Source: Candidatus Binatia bacterium (GTDB lineage: Bacteria > Desulfobacterota > Binatia > Bin18). From it: DNA of 64,000 bases. Location: positions 992,001 to 1,056,000 of the forward strand of contig OY761159.2 in assembly GCA_963664395.2 (NCBI GenBank). The letters run 5' to 3'. A model generated the notes under the pieces. That model had not been told where the DNA came from. It did not search any database and saw nothing but the letters and a program-made list of their open reading frames with translations. Positions 29,905 through 39,633 of this stretch are shown here, in pieces (position 1 is the stretch's first letter; every line of letters starts with the position of its first letter). A program made the position numbers and the translations under genes.

Positions 29905-30684
29905 TCAGAAATGTGCCAGATAGCCACCGTCAACCGCAAGAACTTGTCCAGTGATGTACGAGGCCGCTGGCGATGCCAGGAAAACTGCCGCGCCCGCGAT
30001 TTCCGACGGCTCGCCCCAACGCCCGAGAGAAGTCCGACGTTTCAGCATGTTGGCAATTTTCCGGTCCGCGACAAGGGCCGTGTTTGTCTCTGTGGCAAAA
30101 AATCCCGGCGCGATGGCGTTGACGGTAATGCCGAATGGCCCCAGTTCAGCCGCCAAGGCCCGCGTCAGCGCTTCGAGACCACCCTTGGTCGCGGTATAGG
30201 CGGCATCCCCACTATTGGCAATCGGGCCGGCGATTGAGGTGATATTAATAATGCGCCCACCACCCTGTTCGATCATCAGGCGGCCGGCTTCCCGGCTCAC
30301 ATTGAACGGCGCAAGCAGGTTCACGGCGATCATCTGGCGGACCGCGTCCAGCTCGAAGTCAAAGAGTTTGCGACGATCGCGCCGGCCAACGTTGTTCACC
30401 AGAATATCGAGCCGACCGTAGGTAGCTCGAATGTGTTGGAAGGCGGCAGACACGGCCCCTTCGTCGGCAATATCGCATACCAGCGCCTCGGCCCGGCCAT
30501 CCTCAGCGGTAATGGCGGCCAACGCCGGCTCAATCCGGTCCCGACTGCGGCCGTTGACCAACACCTGGGCGCCATGCCGCCCAAAGGCCCGGCCGATTTC
30601 CAGGCCCAACCCACGTCCCCCGCCGGTAATCAGCGCGATTTTTCCCTCAAGCGAAAAGGCGGCTGGTGTCACGACCGTCGGCAT
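29905..30684 (-). CDS. SDR oxidoreductase (gluconate 5-dehydrogenase-like)
   Basis: TGGGRGLG, NNVG, YTATK, NAIAPG; ATG overlaps the upstream stop. Confidence 0.9.
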   Translation of the reverse strand: MPTVVTPAAFSLEGKIALITGGGRGLGLEIGRAFGRHGAQVLVNGRSRDRIEPALAAITAEDGRAEALVCDIADEGAVSAAFQHIRATYGRLDILVNNVGRRDRRKLFDFELDAVRQMIAVNLLAPFNVSREAGRLMIEQGGGRIINITSIAGPIANSGDAAYTATKGGLEALTRALAAELGPFGITVNAIAPGFFATETNTALVADRKIANMLKRRTSLGRWGEPSEIAGAAVFLASPAASYITGQVLAVDGGYLAHF

Positions 30685-31517
30685 CAGGCGCTGTGATCGC
30701 AGCCCCACTCGATGCCATTGCGGAGCAGTTGTTCAAACGGCTGGGTATCCCATGAGCCGCGAAAAACCTGAGGCGTTGTGCTCCCAGCATCGACACTCGT
30801 ATCGACAAACGGCTGCATATTGCTAGTCGTTGAGTGGCAGTGCCCCAGCGCAATATAGGCGACCCCTCCCCGGCCTAAGGCGCGGGAAAAACCCAGCACC
30901 CGAGTTTTTCCATCCGCTTGCAGGGCAGTGTCCTCATCGTACACAAAGCCAAAGCCCGGAGGGGACGGGTCTTTTGCCAGCTCAGTGGTCAACAGGATAT
31001 CTGAAGCCGCCGGCTCCTGGAGTTCAATCAGATACAACTCGTCCATGACCTCAAACGAGGCGGGCAGGCCCTTGGTCAGGATATGCTGCTGATTGACCAC
31101 ATCAACCCGGAACTTGCGTAGCGGCGGATGGTTCAGAAAGAAGCCTCCCAGGGTCTTATGATGGTCGGCCTTGACCATCTTGCGTACGCGCCGATCATCG
31201 CCGACCGGCGCAGCCTTTCCGCCACTCGTGCCGTGCAGCCCCAGCCAACGACCGCCGTCTTCGAGCCATTTTCGGAGGAAGCTATTCTGTGCTTCGTTGG
31301 GGAAAGGACCGGCGACATAGGTCATCAGCAATTGACACCCAGGCAGCCATTTGTCTATGTCCGTGAAGTCCCCGCTGACTGATGTCGTGACATGTGGCTG
31401 ATCTTGTAAAAGCTGAAGAATCCGCAGCCGGGCATAGTCCATATCGTGTCCGGCTGGAGAGCCAACCGGGAATCCGCCAGCAATCACGTGTACGCGAATG
31501 GGTTGAGGATTACTCAT
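30684..31517 (-). CDS. ThuA-like (class I GATase fold) protein
   Basis: GHDMDYARL, GLHG, HPP, DELY, GRGGVAYIALGH. Confidence 0.8.
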   Translation of the reverse strand: MSNPQPIRVHVIAGGFPVGSPAGHDMDYARLRILQLLQDQPHVTTSVSGDFTDIDKWLPGCQLLMTYVAGPFPNEAQNSFLRKWLEDGGRWLGLHGTSGGKAAPVGDDRRVRKMVKADHHKTLGGFFLNHPPLRKFRVDVVNQQHILTKGLPASFEVMDELYLIELQEPAASDILLTTELAKDPSPPGFGFVYDEDTALQADGKTRVLGFSRALGRGGVAYIALGHCHSTTSNMQPFVDTSVDAGSTTPQVFRGSWDTQPFEQLLRNGIEWGCDHSA

Positions 31518-31717
31518 AATACTATCTCCTTTTTCCTGGTTTTGCCATTCCAATCCTCCTGGTAGTCGTCACCCTACCAAACCTTTTGTCAGGCCACTAC
31601 CGAACACAGCCCCTCTTTTGACAGCGAGGAAAAACCCATACTATTTCGGCGGCCGGAGAAGCGCCACACTTCCCTCGTCCAAAAGAAACGGAGAAATAGA
31701 GGAATACGAGGAGCACA

Positions 31718-33028
31718 ATGTCAACGCAAGCCATTGAGACTACCCGCTTTCTTTCTCACAACGCCGTGCGGACAATCGCGCACCAGTTCGGGACACCGGT
31801 GTATGTCTACGACGAGGCGCGACTCACGCAGGCGGCCCAAGAGGTTTTGCACTTTCCAAACGCCTTCGGCCTGACCGCGCGCTACGCCATGAAAGCCCTG
31901 CCCAACGGCAATATCTTACGTTTGTTTGACCGCCTGGGCCTCCACTTTGACGCCAGCTCCGGTTTTGAGGTCGAACGGGCGATGAAAGCCGGCATTGCCG
32001 CAGAAAAAATTGCGTTGACCGCTCAAGAGCTGCCACAGAATCTCAAAGACCTGCATGAGGCCGGCATGTTGCTCAATGCGTGTTCGCTTGATCAGCTTCG
32101 TTATTTTGGCGAGAATTTTCCAGGACAGGAACTCGGCATTCGTTTCAACCCCGGTCTCGGCTCGGGCGGGACGAACCGGACCAACGTTGGTGGCCCGGCA
32201 GCAAGTTTTGGCATTTGGCACGAAGACAGAGCAGAAGTACAGGCCATTGTGCAAAAGCACCATCTCAAGGTCATCCGTATTCATACCCATATCGGCTCAG
32301 GCTCAGACCCCGCGGTGTGGCAACATGTGGCCGGCATGAGTATCGGCTTGTTAGAGCATTTTCCTGACGCTCACACATTAAACCTGGGCGGTGGGTATAA
32401 AGTGGGCCGTATGCGTCACGAAACCTCGACCGACCTACAGGAAGTCGGCCAGCCTGTGACCCAGATTTTTGTGGCGTTTGGGGAAGCAACGGGAAGAAAA
32501 ATTCGACTGGAAGTCGAACCGGGGACGTATCTGGTCGCCAATGCTGGCTGCGTGCTTACCACAATCCAGGACCGCACCAGCACGGGAAAAGACGGCTATT
32601 CCTTTCTCAAGATCGACGGCGGCATGACCGAAGTGCTCCGTCCGAGTATGTATGGCGCTCAGCATCCTCTCGTTGTCGTCTCGGCAACAACCGAGCAGGA
32701 ACAACGCCCGACTATAGAGGCCGTTGTTGCCGGTCACTGTTGTGAATCCGGCGATATCCTCACCCCGTCGGCCGGCGACCCGGAGGCTCTTGAACCCCGC
32801 GCGCTCCGCGGCGCCGCTGTCGGTGACTATCTGGTGATTGAAGGCGCAGGCGCGTATTGCGCCGGCATGAGTTCTAAAAATTACAACTCGTTTCCGGAAG
32901 CGCCGGAAGTGCTGTACCGCGGACCGGAGCAGGAACCCCTGCTTATCCGCAAGCAGCAAACGCTGGACCAGATCATTCAGAACGAAGTGTTTCAGCCTGG
33001 AGATTCTTCTGGAGTGAATCTCCGATAA
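31718..33028 (+). CDS. lysA: Diaminopimelate decarboxylase
   Basis: GTPVYVY, YAMKA (PLP Lys), HTHIGSG, NLGGG, EPGTY, HCCESGD, GAY. Confidence 0.93.
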   Translation: MSTQAIETTRFLSHNAVRTIAHQFGTPVYVYDEARLTQAAQEVLHFPNAFGLTARYAMKALPNGNILRLFDRLGLHFDASSGFEVERAMKAGIAAEKIALTAQELPQNLKDLHEAGMLLNACSLDQLRYFGENFPGQELGIRFNPGLGSGGTNRTNVGGPAASFGIWHEDRAEVQAIVQKHHLKVIRIHTHIGSGSDPAVWQHVAGMSIGLLEHFPDAHTLNLGGGYKVGRMRHETSTDLQEVGQPVTQIFVAFGEATGRKIRLEVEPGTYLVANAGCVLTTIQDRTSTGKDGYSFLKIDGGMTEVLRPSMYGAQHPLVVVSATTEQEQRPTIEAVVAGHCCESGDILTPSAGDPEALEPRALRGAAVGDYLVIEGAGAYCAGMSSKNYNSFPEAPEVLYRGPEQEPLLIRKQQTLDQIIQNEVFQPGDSSGVNLR

Positions 33029-33743
33029 AAGGTCTCAACCAATAGGGTTTGAGAAACTCCTGTTCAATAAAACGCGGATCATCACTCAGGGATGGGCCGT
33101 GGTCCACAGTCGTCCAGTACGCGTAGAACTGCTCGTGCAGACCGGGGTCGGAGATGGTGAACTCGCCCTCTTTCTCACACTGTTTCAGCCAGACGTGCAT
33201 CGCGTCAAAGGCTTCAAGCCCGGCTTGTTGCCATAAGACCCGCCCGCCTCCGTATTCCTTGTATAAATGACGTTGTAGTTTCCAGTTGGCGACCATCCAG
33301 CCGGCAAAACGTCGGCCGGGCGGTCTGAGCTGGGCATCAATCACCTGCCGTTCGTCCTCAAGCTGTTGTTTCTCCTCCGCAGCAAGCCCCGGCTTCGCAA
33401 GCGCGTGTTCAATCTCCGCGCGGCGATCTTTGAGCGGATGGTCCTGGGCCTTGAGGCGTTCATTATGCCAGCCATCAAAATGCGCAGTCGCGGTTGAGAC
33501 CTCTCGCTGTATGGGTTGAATCTCGCCCTTGTGCGCTGCGCGGTACTGCCGCATAACCGGATGGCTGAACAGATTGTGCAGTTCATTTGAGAGAGCTGCG
33601 CCCTCTTTGGCCGAGAGCTGGTCTCTATACACAGGCTGCCCCAGCACTGTCCCAATCTGCTCACGTAGCGTTTCTTCAGCGAGAGCAGGAGAGAAGAGCA
33701 ACAGACTGAATACGAACAGTCTCAGCAATTGCATTCCGGTCAT
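32973..33743 (-). CDS. Secreted hypothetical protein
   Basis: Signal peptide ending ALA; [28 protein letters not shown] block; overlaps the lysA 3' end convergently. Confidence 0.6.
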   Translation of the reverse strand: MTGMQLLRLFVFSLLLFSPALAEETLREQIGTVLGQPVYRDQLSAKEGAALSNELHNLFSHPVMRQYRAAHKGEIQPIQREVSTATAHFDGWHNERLKAQDHPLKDRRAEIEHALAKPGLAAEEKQQLEDERQVIDAQLRPPGRRFAGWMVANWKLQRHLYKEYGGGRVLWQQAGLEAFDAMHVWLKQCEKEGEFTISDPGLHEQFYAYWTTVDHGPSLSDDPRFIEQEFLKPYWLRPFIGDSLQKNLQAETLRSE

Positions 33744-34016
33744 CCACTTCCCTTTCACTACAGTTCCATCGCAAGAGCATTTGCAGCTTCCTGACATCTA
33801 ACATGGCAGAAAAGCTGAGTAGAAAAAACTCCACTCGCAGTGCGTCCCTTCACCGGAATAAATGTGGCAGCAGAGACCGGTCTCCACCGCCCATGCTGGC
33901 GAGCACGATCAAACTCCGTCACGCTAGCTTTCAAGACACCCGGCTATTGCCGCCGCTGTAGCATTGAGACATATTAGGTTGGAGCAATCCGGAACACAGG
34001 AAGAAGGAGATACCAC

Positions 34017-34301
34017 ATGTCAGCATACATGATCGTTCAGGCGGATATTACGAATCCCGAGAAGTTTCCCGAATACCAGAAACTTGCCGTTCCTGCCGTG
34101 CAGAAATACAATGGCAAGATTCTCGGTCGGGGGGCACCGGACACAGTCGAAGGCCAATGGGGTGCCCCACTCGCCCTCATTATCGAGTTTGAGTCGGTCG
34201 AAGCCGCCAAGGGTTTCTTCAATTCTCCGGAGTATACTGCCGCCCGCGAGGCGAGGGCAAACACTGCCAATTTCGTCATGTCTATTATTCCGGGAGCGTA
34301 G
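34017..34301 (+). CDS. DUF1330 domain protein (short type)
   Basis: AYMI, EY, YNGK.L.RG, IIEFES.EAA..F.NSPEY; AAGGAG RBS. Confidence 0.88.
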   Translation: MSAYMIVQADITNPEKFPEYQKLAVPAVQKYNGKILGRGAPDTVEGQWGAPLALIIEFESVEAAKGFFNSPEYTAAREARANTANFVMSIIPGA

Positions 34302-34324
34302 CAAGCGAACAGGCAAGTGAACGA

Positions 34325-34360
34325 GCAGGGGACGGGTCGCTCTGGCCCGCCCCTGCTTTA
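34325..34360. terminator. GC-rich hairpin / likely terminator between convergent genes
   Basis: GCAGGGGACGGGTC...GGCCCGCCCCTGC followed by TTTA. Confidence 0.6.
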
Positions 34361-34438
34361 TTCTTCCTTTTTTGGAACCGAGACTTGAAAGGCCGGGCGT
34401 TCTCGCAGTCGGTCGTAATACTTCATCGCCGTTGGGAA
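34358..34438 (-). pseudogene. 3' remnant of a glutathione S-transferase-like gene
   Basis: Manual translation FPTAMKYYDRLRERPAFQVSVPKKEE* matches the GST C-terminal helix pattern. Confidence 0.5.
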
Positions 34439-34632
34439 CGCAGGCGTAAGAGCGATAACAACTCGGAGAGTTCGACAAGCCCTTCTGCCTCTGTGCGTTC
34501 GGCAGACGTGAGGGCATCCCCTCGATCCTGTCGGTCCAGGAGGTCATGCAAGCGTTCGTTCACTCCCCGCGGTAGTTTGAATCGGTCAAGGTCAGCTGGC
34601 ATTTCAAACTCGACGAGAACATGCTGAGGCAT
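34423..34632 (-). CDS. Small antitoxin-like protein (type usually paired with an HNH nuclease); partner absent
   Basis: 69 aa; RLHDLLDRQDRG..LT.AER.EAEGLV.L.ELLSLL; AGGAGG RBS and TATAAT upstream. Confidence 0.6.
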   Translation of the reverse strand: MPQHVLVEFEMPADLDRFKLPRGVNERLHDLLDRQDRGDALTSAERTEAEGLVELSELLSLLRLRSQRR

Positions 34633-34645
34633 CGGTGCCCTCCTC

Positions 34646-34666
34646 CTATAAGATATTTCATTATAG
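34646..34666 (-). promoter_or_regulatory. -10 box with overlapping inverted repeat (putative operator)
   Basis: Minus strand reads CTATAAtgaaatatcTTATAG, which contains TATAAT. Confidence 0.45.
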
Positions 34667-34738
34667 AGTATTTTGAGTGCTCTGTTCAGCTTAGCCAGAC
34701 AGGCTCCGTATCGGCCAGGGTTTTGATGAGAGAGGAAA

Positions 34739-34982
34739 TCAGAAGGACCCTCTGCCGTCTTCACCAGGCGCAGGCTTATTATCTTTTGTAATTCGGATCA
34801 GAAACCGTAGCGCCTCGTTGACGGACTCCGCATTGGGAAAGACTTCCGCCACATCATCCGCCAAGCGGATCACAGCACCAAAACGCTTACGGCCAGGACC
34901 GAGTCTTCGCACCCGGAGGCTCTTGAGATCATATTCCGACCGCAGTTCGTCCTCTTTTTCCTCAGTATTATCCTTACTTCAT
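34739..34982 (-). pseudogene. BrnA-like antitoxin with +1 frameshift at codon 3; no toxin partner
   Basis: ATG AAG (T) AAG GAT...; reads DELRSEYDL...VIRLADDVAEVFPNAESVNEALRFLI. Confidence 0.65.
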
Positions 34983-34990
34983 AGAGAGAT

Positions 34991-35020
34991 GTCGGATTAC
35001 GCTCCGCTAATCCGACCTAC
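34991..35020 (-). repeat. GTAG-type REP element
   Basis: GTAG-GTCGGATTA-GCGGAGCG-TAATCCGAC: tetranucleotide foot plus palindrome. Confidence 0.75.
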
Positions 35021-35070
35021 AACTAAGTCAGTAAACGAGAGAAGTTTGTTTGAACGTATTTTTTGTACTC

Positions 35071-35505
35071 CTAGATACATGAACGCTCCTTCACATATTC
35101 CTCCGCTTCGTCAGTGTCCTTATTCTTGCGTTTTCCATTGAACAATAATGAGCGTTTACCCGCGTTTTTACCCGCTTTATTTTGCTTTGCTTCCGCTAGA
35201 AACTCGTCGGAACTCATAATCCACATGGTGTCCAGACGCTCGGAATAAAAGACAAACCAATAGTCAGGGCGCTGCTCATGTTCTATTGCAGCGAACCTAC
35301 CAGCATCTCCTAATACGGCATCTTTTGACCGTGCTTTGATCTGAATTTCAATAAATCTACCGTCCGGTCTTTTGACAACGGCGTCAATGGCATCGTCATC
35401 TACAAGTGGCAAATAGACATCCAATCCTTCCTTGAGCATCTGCCCTACTATCCAATATTCGATGCGCTTTCCAAATGCGGCTGAATTCCGAAAAGATCCT
35501 CTCAC
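35071..35505 (-). CDS. PD-(D/E)xK nuclease superfamily protein; possible premature stop (frame continues to 35023)
   Basis: GKRIEY, DDDAIDAV, IEIQIKAR; AT-rich; in-frame EYKKYVQTNFSRLLT* follows the TAG. Confidence 0.7.
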   Translation of the reverse strand: MRGSFRNSAAFGKRIEYWIVGQMLKEGLDVYLPLVDDDAIDAVVKRPDGRFIEIQIKARSKDAVLGDAGRFAAIEHEQRPDYWFVFYSERLDTMWIMSSDEFLAEAKQNKAGKNAGKRSLLFNGKRKNKDTDEAEEYVKERSCI

Positions 35506-35531
35506 CGCAATTCACTCCCGATACATAGTTG

Positions 35532-37369
35532 CTATTCCCCCGTCACCGACTCGACATACGCCTGCGCCGCTGCATCGAAGGCCGTCTGCTCGGCGAACTC
35601 CCCAACTGCACGCGCTGCATATGGGCTCGATTGTCCTCCAGTTCGACCACGCACTCCACGACCCCCAGGCGGGCTGAGGCTCCCTCACCTGCCTCCTCAG
35701 GGGGTAGGAGTTTGGCTTCGGAGGTCATCTGTTTGATATGGTCCCGGTGCTCCGCCCGCCAAGCGTCGAACTCCTCGCGGCTGATGCTCGTCTCGCGCCA
35801 GAAGGCGGCTTGGTCGTAGGGCAGTTCTCGGAAGCGTTGCAGCAGGAAGTCGCGGGCCAGAAAGGCCAGCAGATTGCCGGCCTTGGGGCCGGAGTCGCGG
35901 TCGAGTAGCGTCCGATAGATCGCCTGAAAGGCGCGGGCCGGCGCGAGCGGGGTGAGCCGCGCGGCGTCGAATACCGCAGCCTGTAAGGCGTTATCGTCCT
36001 GCGGAATATCGGGCAGACGGGCGGCGAGTTGGTGCAGAAAGGCGTGCTGGCTGGCGGTTAGCTCGGCGGCTCGCTCCGGCAACGTTTTCTGCAAGACGAT
36101 CCGCTCCTCGGGGCTGGCGTAATGCTCCAGCCAGTAGCGGGCCGCCTGGGCCCGGCGTTCGAGTTGCTCCCGCTCAACCGGGGTCAGCGCCGCGCCCTTG
36201 CGCTTTTCGATCTCTCCGGTGAGATCAAGATGCGGCAATTGCGCAATCGTCGCCACCAGTTGAAAGTCCGCGGCGTAGAAATCATCGTCCAGGGTGGTCT
36301 GCGACAGGTGGTACACCCGCTTATCGTCTTCCGAAACCGAGGGGTCACGGTGCACGCGGGTATGAAATCGATCAAAATCATTGAAGATTTTGATAATGGA
36401 TTTTTCGTCCGGGGAGAAATTTACCGGCTGTTTGGGCTGGGTGCGGATCATCAGGAAACGCAGAATTTCGGGCGGCAGGAAATCCGCCATAGCCCGCGCC
36501 GACACTCCCAGCCCTTTGGACGAACTCATTTTCGCCCCACCCACGAGGAAGAATTCATACGGGATATTGAGCGGCGGAGCCTGGTTGAAGATTCTGCGCA
36601 AACAGGCCGCGGCCACGTCCCGAGAGCCGCCTTTTGTGGTATGATCTTTGCCCGCGCCCTCAATCGTAATATTGAACGTTTTCCACTTCGCGGTCCATTC
36701 GAGCTTCCACGGTAATTTCCCCTTGCCGTCAAACGGAGAAATTTTTCCTTGATAGCCGCACCCGGCAGCCCAAGTGACCAGATCAGGCCGGCAGGTGTAG
36801 GTGACCTCTTTCCCGTTATAGTCAGTGACTTCGGTCGTGCCGATACGCCCGCACTGTTCGCACACGGCTTGGAAGGGATACCAGTTATCCGGTCGCTCGG
36901 CCTTACTGACTTCTTTGTATACACCGCGAACGGTCGCCGCGTTGCGCAAAATATCATCAATGGCCGCATTGAATTGGCCTGAGCGGTAGATATCACGCAG
37001 CCGGTAGGTCTCGGCCTCGACGTTCAGGTCATGGAATACGCTGAAAAAATCCTGAATATAGTGCTCGGCTATATCGGAAAAGGAAGAACCCGGCGGCGAC
37101 GGCACGTTACACAGCGGCATGCCAAGATAGGGCCGGAAGAACTCTTCTTCGCCGGCCGGCAGCTCGTCCAAGGGGTCATAGTCATCCACCCCAAAGGTAT
37201 ACCGGACCGGCAGTCCACGGGCCTGAATAGCCCGGAAGACGACGTCGTGAATGAGCACGCCCCGCAGGGCACCAACATGGGCACGGCCCGAGGGTGTCTT
37301 CGAGTCGTTGATCAGTTGCTCTCCCCCGCCCTTCTCAATCTGGGCCGCGATTTTATCACACCAAAGCAT
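35532..37369 (-). CDS. lysS: Class I lysyl-tRNA synthetase with C-terminal extension (probable 1-nt frameshift near 35600)
   Basis: KTPSGRAHVG, DDYD, CEQCG, KLPWKLEW, EGAGKDH, KMSSSKG, SGPKAG. The alternative tail GEFAEQTAFDAAAQAYVESVTGE* is restored by adding one G to a G run. Confidence 0.93.
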
Positions 37370-37683
37370 GCATCCTCTCCAACTTGTTTATTCTGCCTCA
37401 GTAAGCGCTCCGGGGGCAGGAATCAGGCCAAGAATCAGGCTCTGTTATGCTATGAAAACACAAAAAAGGCAAAAGCGCTTCGACCCTCTTCTCTCATGGG
37501 TGCTCTTCGTCTTCGCTCACCGCTCCGTTCCTGTCTCAGGGGGAAGGGCTGGCGTCCTTCGCTTTACAGGGTTCGTGGCAAGCTCTATGAAGGAAGGAGC
37601 GTCGTTAGAGTCGCTCGGAATTCTGGTCCACCCAAATGAGGCAGTAAGGCGAGCCAGACACATCAGGAAGGAGACCGCGGATT

Positions 37684-38775
37684 GTGGAACAGGACCGAGC
37701 AGCCAGCGTACATGCGCTCCGCGTCTCCGAGCAGGTTCTTTCCCTTGTTCACGAACATATAAAGCGGATTGAGCAGATGCAGCCCGGCGCTCGGCATGGC
37801 CTCGACCTGAAGGAGGTCTCGGGTCTCAACGGCTTGGAAGCTGCAACCCTGCTGCGACTCGTACAGCAGGGAAAAAGTCGCGGGGTGACGGTGCAGTTTA
37901 CCGGAGTCTGTCAGCAAGTCTACCAAGCGTTTACTGGGCTTGATCTTAGCCTGCTCGATCCACCCGAACCTGCGCGCGGCAGACTGTCGCTGCTGGAGTC
38001 GATTGGCGACCATACACTGGCAGCCGTGGCAACCGGCCGCCGGCTCATCGAAATGATTGGCGAGCTCGCGTATTGGCTTTATATTGCCCCGTGGCGCGGA
38101 AAAGGCATTAAATGGGACCGGACACACGAGCAAGTCGTTAAAATTGGAGTGGACGGCATCCCTATTGTCACCTTTCTCTCCTTTCTGATCGGCGCGGTCC
38201 TGGCCCTGAACGCCGCCAGTCAGTTACGACAGTTCGGCGCCGCCATCTATATTGCCAATCTCGTCGCCGTTTCCATGACGCGTGAGATGGCCCCCTTGAT
38301 TACGGCTATCATTGTCGCGGGACGGAGTGGTTCGGCCATTACCGCGGAGCTTGGGACCATGGTGGTGTCCGAAGAGATCGACGCCATGCGCACCATGGCC
38401 CTCAGTCCGGGCCGCTTTCTGCTGCTGCCGCGCATGCTCGCCTTGCTGTGTGCCGTGCCAGGTCTGACCATACTCTCAAATGTGACCGGAATTTTTGGTG
38501 GCTATTGGGTCGGCGTTGTTTTACTTGGGCTGGGCAGTCGGAATTATCTCCAACAAACAGGACAGGCCCTCCTCATCAGCGACTTGGTCACGGGCATGAT
38601 TAAAAGCCTGGTCTTCGCCTTCCTGATTGGTATAGTCGCCTGCTACCGGGGCTGCTATGTGCACGGCGGGGCCGAAGGCGTAGGGACGAATACCACGGCA
38701 TCCGTTGTCGCTTCCATTGTCCTGTGTATTCTGGCAGATGCCGTCTTTACGACGATATTTTTCTATTTGTCCTAA
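37684..38775 (+). CDS. mlaE: MlaE-family ABC permease with N-terminal STAS-like domain
   Basis: REMAPLITAIIVAGRSGSAITAELGTMVVSEEIDAM, GGAEGVG..TT.SVV. Confidence 0.9.
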   Translation: MEQDRAASVHALRVSEQVLSLVHEHIKRIEQMQPGARHGLDLKEVSGLNGLEAATLLRLVQQGKSRGVTVQFTGVCQQVYQAFTGLDLSLLDPPEPARGRLSLLESIGDHTLAAVATGRRLIEMIGELAYWLYIAPWRGKGIKWDRTHEQVVKIGVDGIPIVTFLSFLIGAVLALNAASQLRQFGAAIYIANLVAVSMTREMAPLITAIIVAGRSGSAITAELGTMVVSEEIDAMRTMALSPGRFLLLPRMLALLCAVPGLTILSNVTGIFGGYWVGVVLLGLGSRNYLQQTGQALLISDLVTGMIKSLVFAFLIGIVACYRGCYVHGGAEGVGTNTTASVVASIVLCILADAVFTTIFFYLS

Positions 38776-38793
38776 CGAATATGTCTGGTCAGT

Positions 38794-39633
38794 ATGATGT
38801 CAGCAGCTCACCTATCGCCTTCCGTTCCCCCCGCCGTTCAGGTTGACGGACTCGTAGCCGAGTACGACGGACGTGCTGTCCTTGACCACGTCAGCATGCA
38901 GGCCCGGCAAGGCGAAATCACGGTTGTGTTGGGCGAAAGCGGCTGTGGCAAAACAACATTACTGCGCCATATCGTCGGGCTTCTGACACCAAAGGCCGGC
39001 AGGGTCCTCATCAACGGGCAGAACTTTCATACAGCAACCGAAGAGGAGCGTGAGCGAATCCTGCGCAACGTCGGCATGTCCTTCCAGGGTGGAGCCTTGT
39101 TTAACTCCATGACCCTGGAAGAGAATGTCACTTTGCCAATTATCGAACATACCCAGGTAGACCAGGCAACCGCGGCCCTGCTGGCCCGAATGAAGCTCTC
39201 CCTGGTTGGCCTGGGCCATGCCGCCCACCTGTTACCCGCAGAAATCAGTGGTGGTATGAAGAAACGAGCGGCCGTTGCCCGCGCGCTGGCCTTAGACCCC
39301 GGCTTGCTGCTCTTCGACGAACTCTCGGCGGGTCTAGATCCTGTCACTGCGCGTGAGCTGGATGAATTGGTCCTGCGCTTAAAAGAGCACTTGGGCGTGA
39401 CCATCGTTATTGTGACGCATGAACTCGGGAGTATTCAAACGATTGCCGACCGGGCCGTCATGTTGGACGCAGGAAAAGTCCTTGCCGCCGGCTCCTTGGA
39501 GGAAGTCCGGCAGACGGACCACCCGAAGATCCGGGCCTTTTTCGACCGTCGTCCGCGCCCCAGGGTCCTGCACGGCGATTTGCGTGACAGCCTTATCGTG
39601 AATGGAGAACAGTATGGGACAGGATCGGCTTAA
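38794..39633 (+). CDS. mlaF: MlaF-family ABC ATPase
   Basis: GESGCGKT, FQGGALF, ISGGMKKR, LFDE.SAGLDP, VTHE. Confidence 0.92.
   Translation: MMSAAHLSPSVPPAVQVDGLVAEYDGRAVLDHVSMQARQGEITVVLGESGCGKTTLLRHIVGLLTPKAGRVLINGQNFHTATEEERERILRNVGMSFQGGALFNSMTLEENVTLPIIEHTQVDQATAALLARMKLSLVGLGHAAHLLPAEISGGMKKRAAVARALALDPGLLLFDELSAGLDPVTARELDELVLRLKEHLGVTIVIVTHELGSIQTIADRAVMLDAGKVLAAGSLEEVRQTDHPKIRAFFDRRPRPRVLHGDLRDSLIVNGEQYGTGSA

Noticed and set aside
35023-35073. Pyrrolysine or amber read-through in the nuclease gene
   Set aside because: No pyl genes seen; many genes in the window end normally at TAG; a small insertion explains it more simply
37370-37683. Lysine riboswitch or T-box upstream of lysS (also checked upstream of lysA, 31560-31717)
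   Set aside because: No recognisable conserved motifs; the spacers look like ordinary divergent promoters
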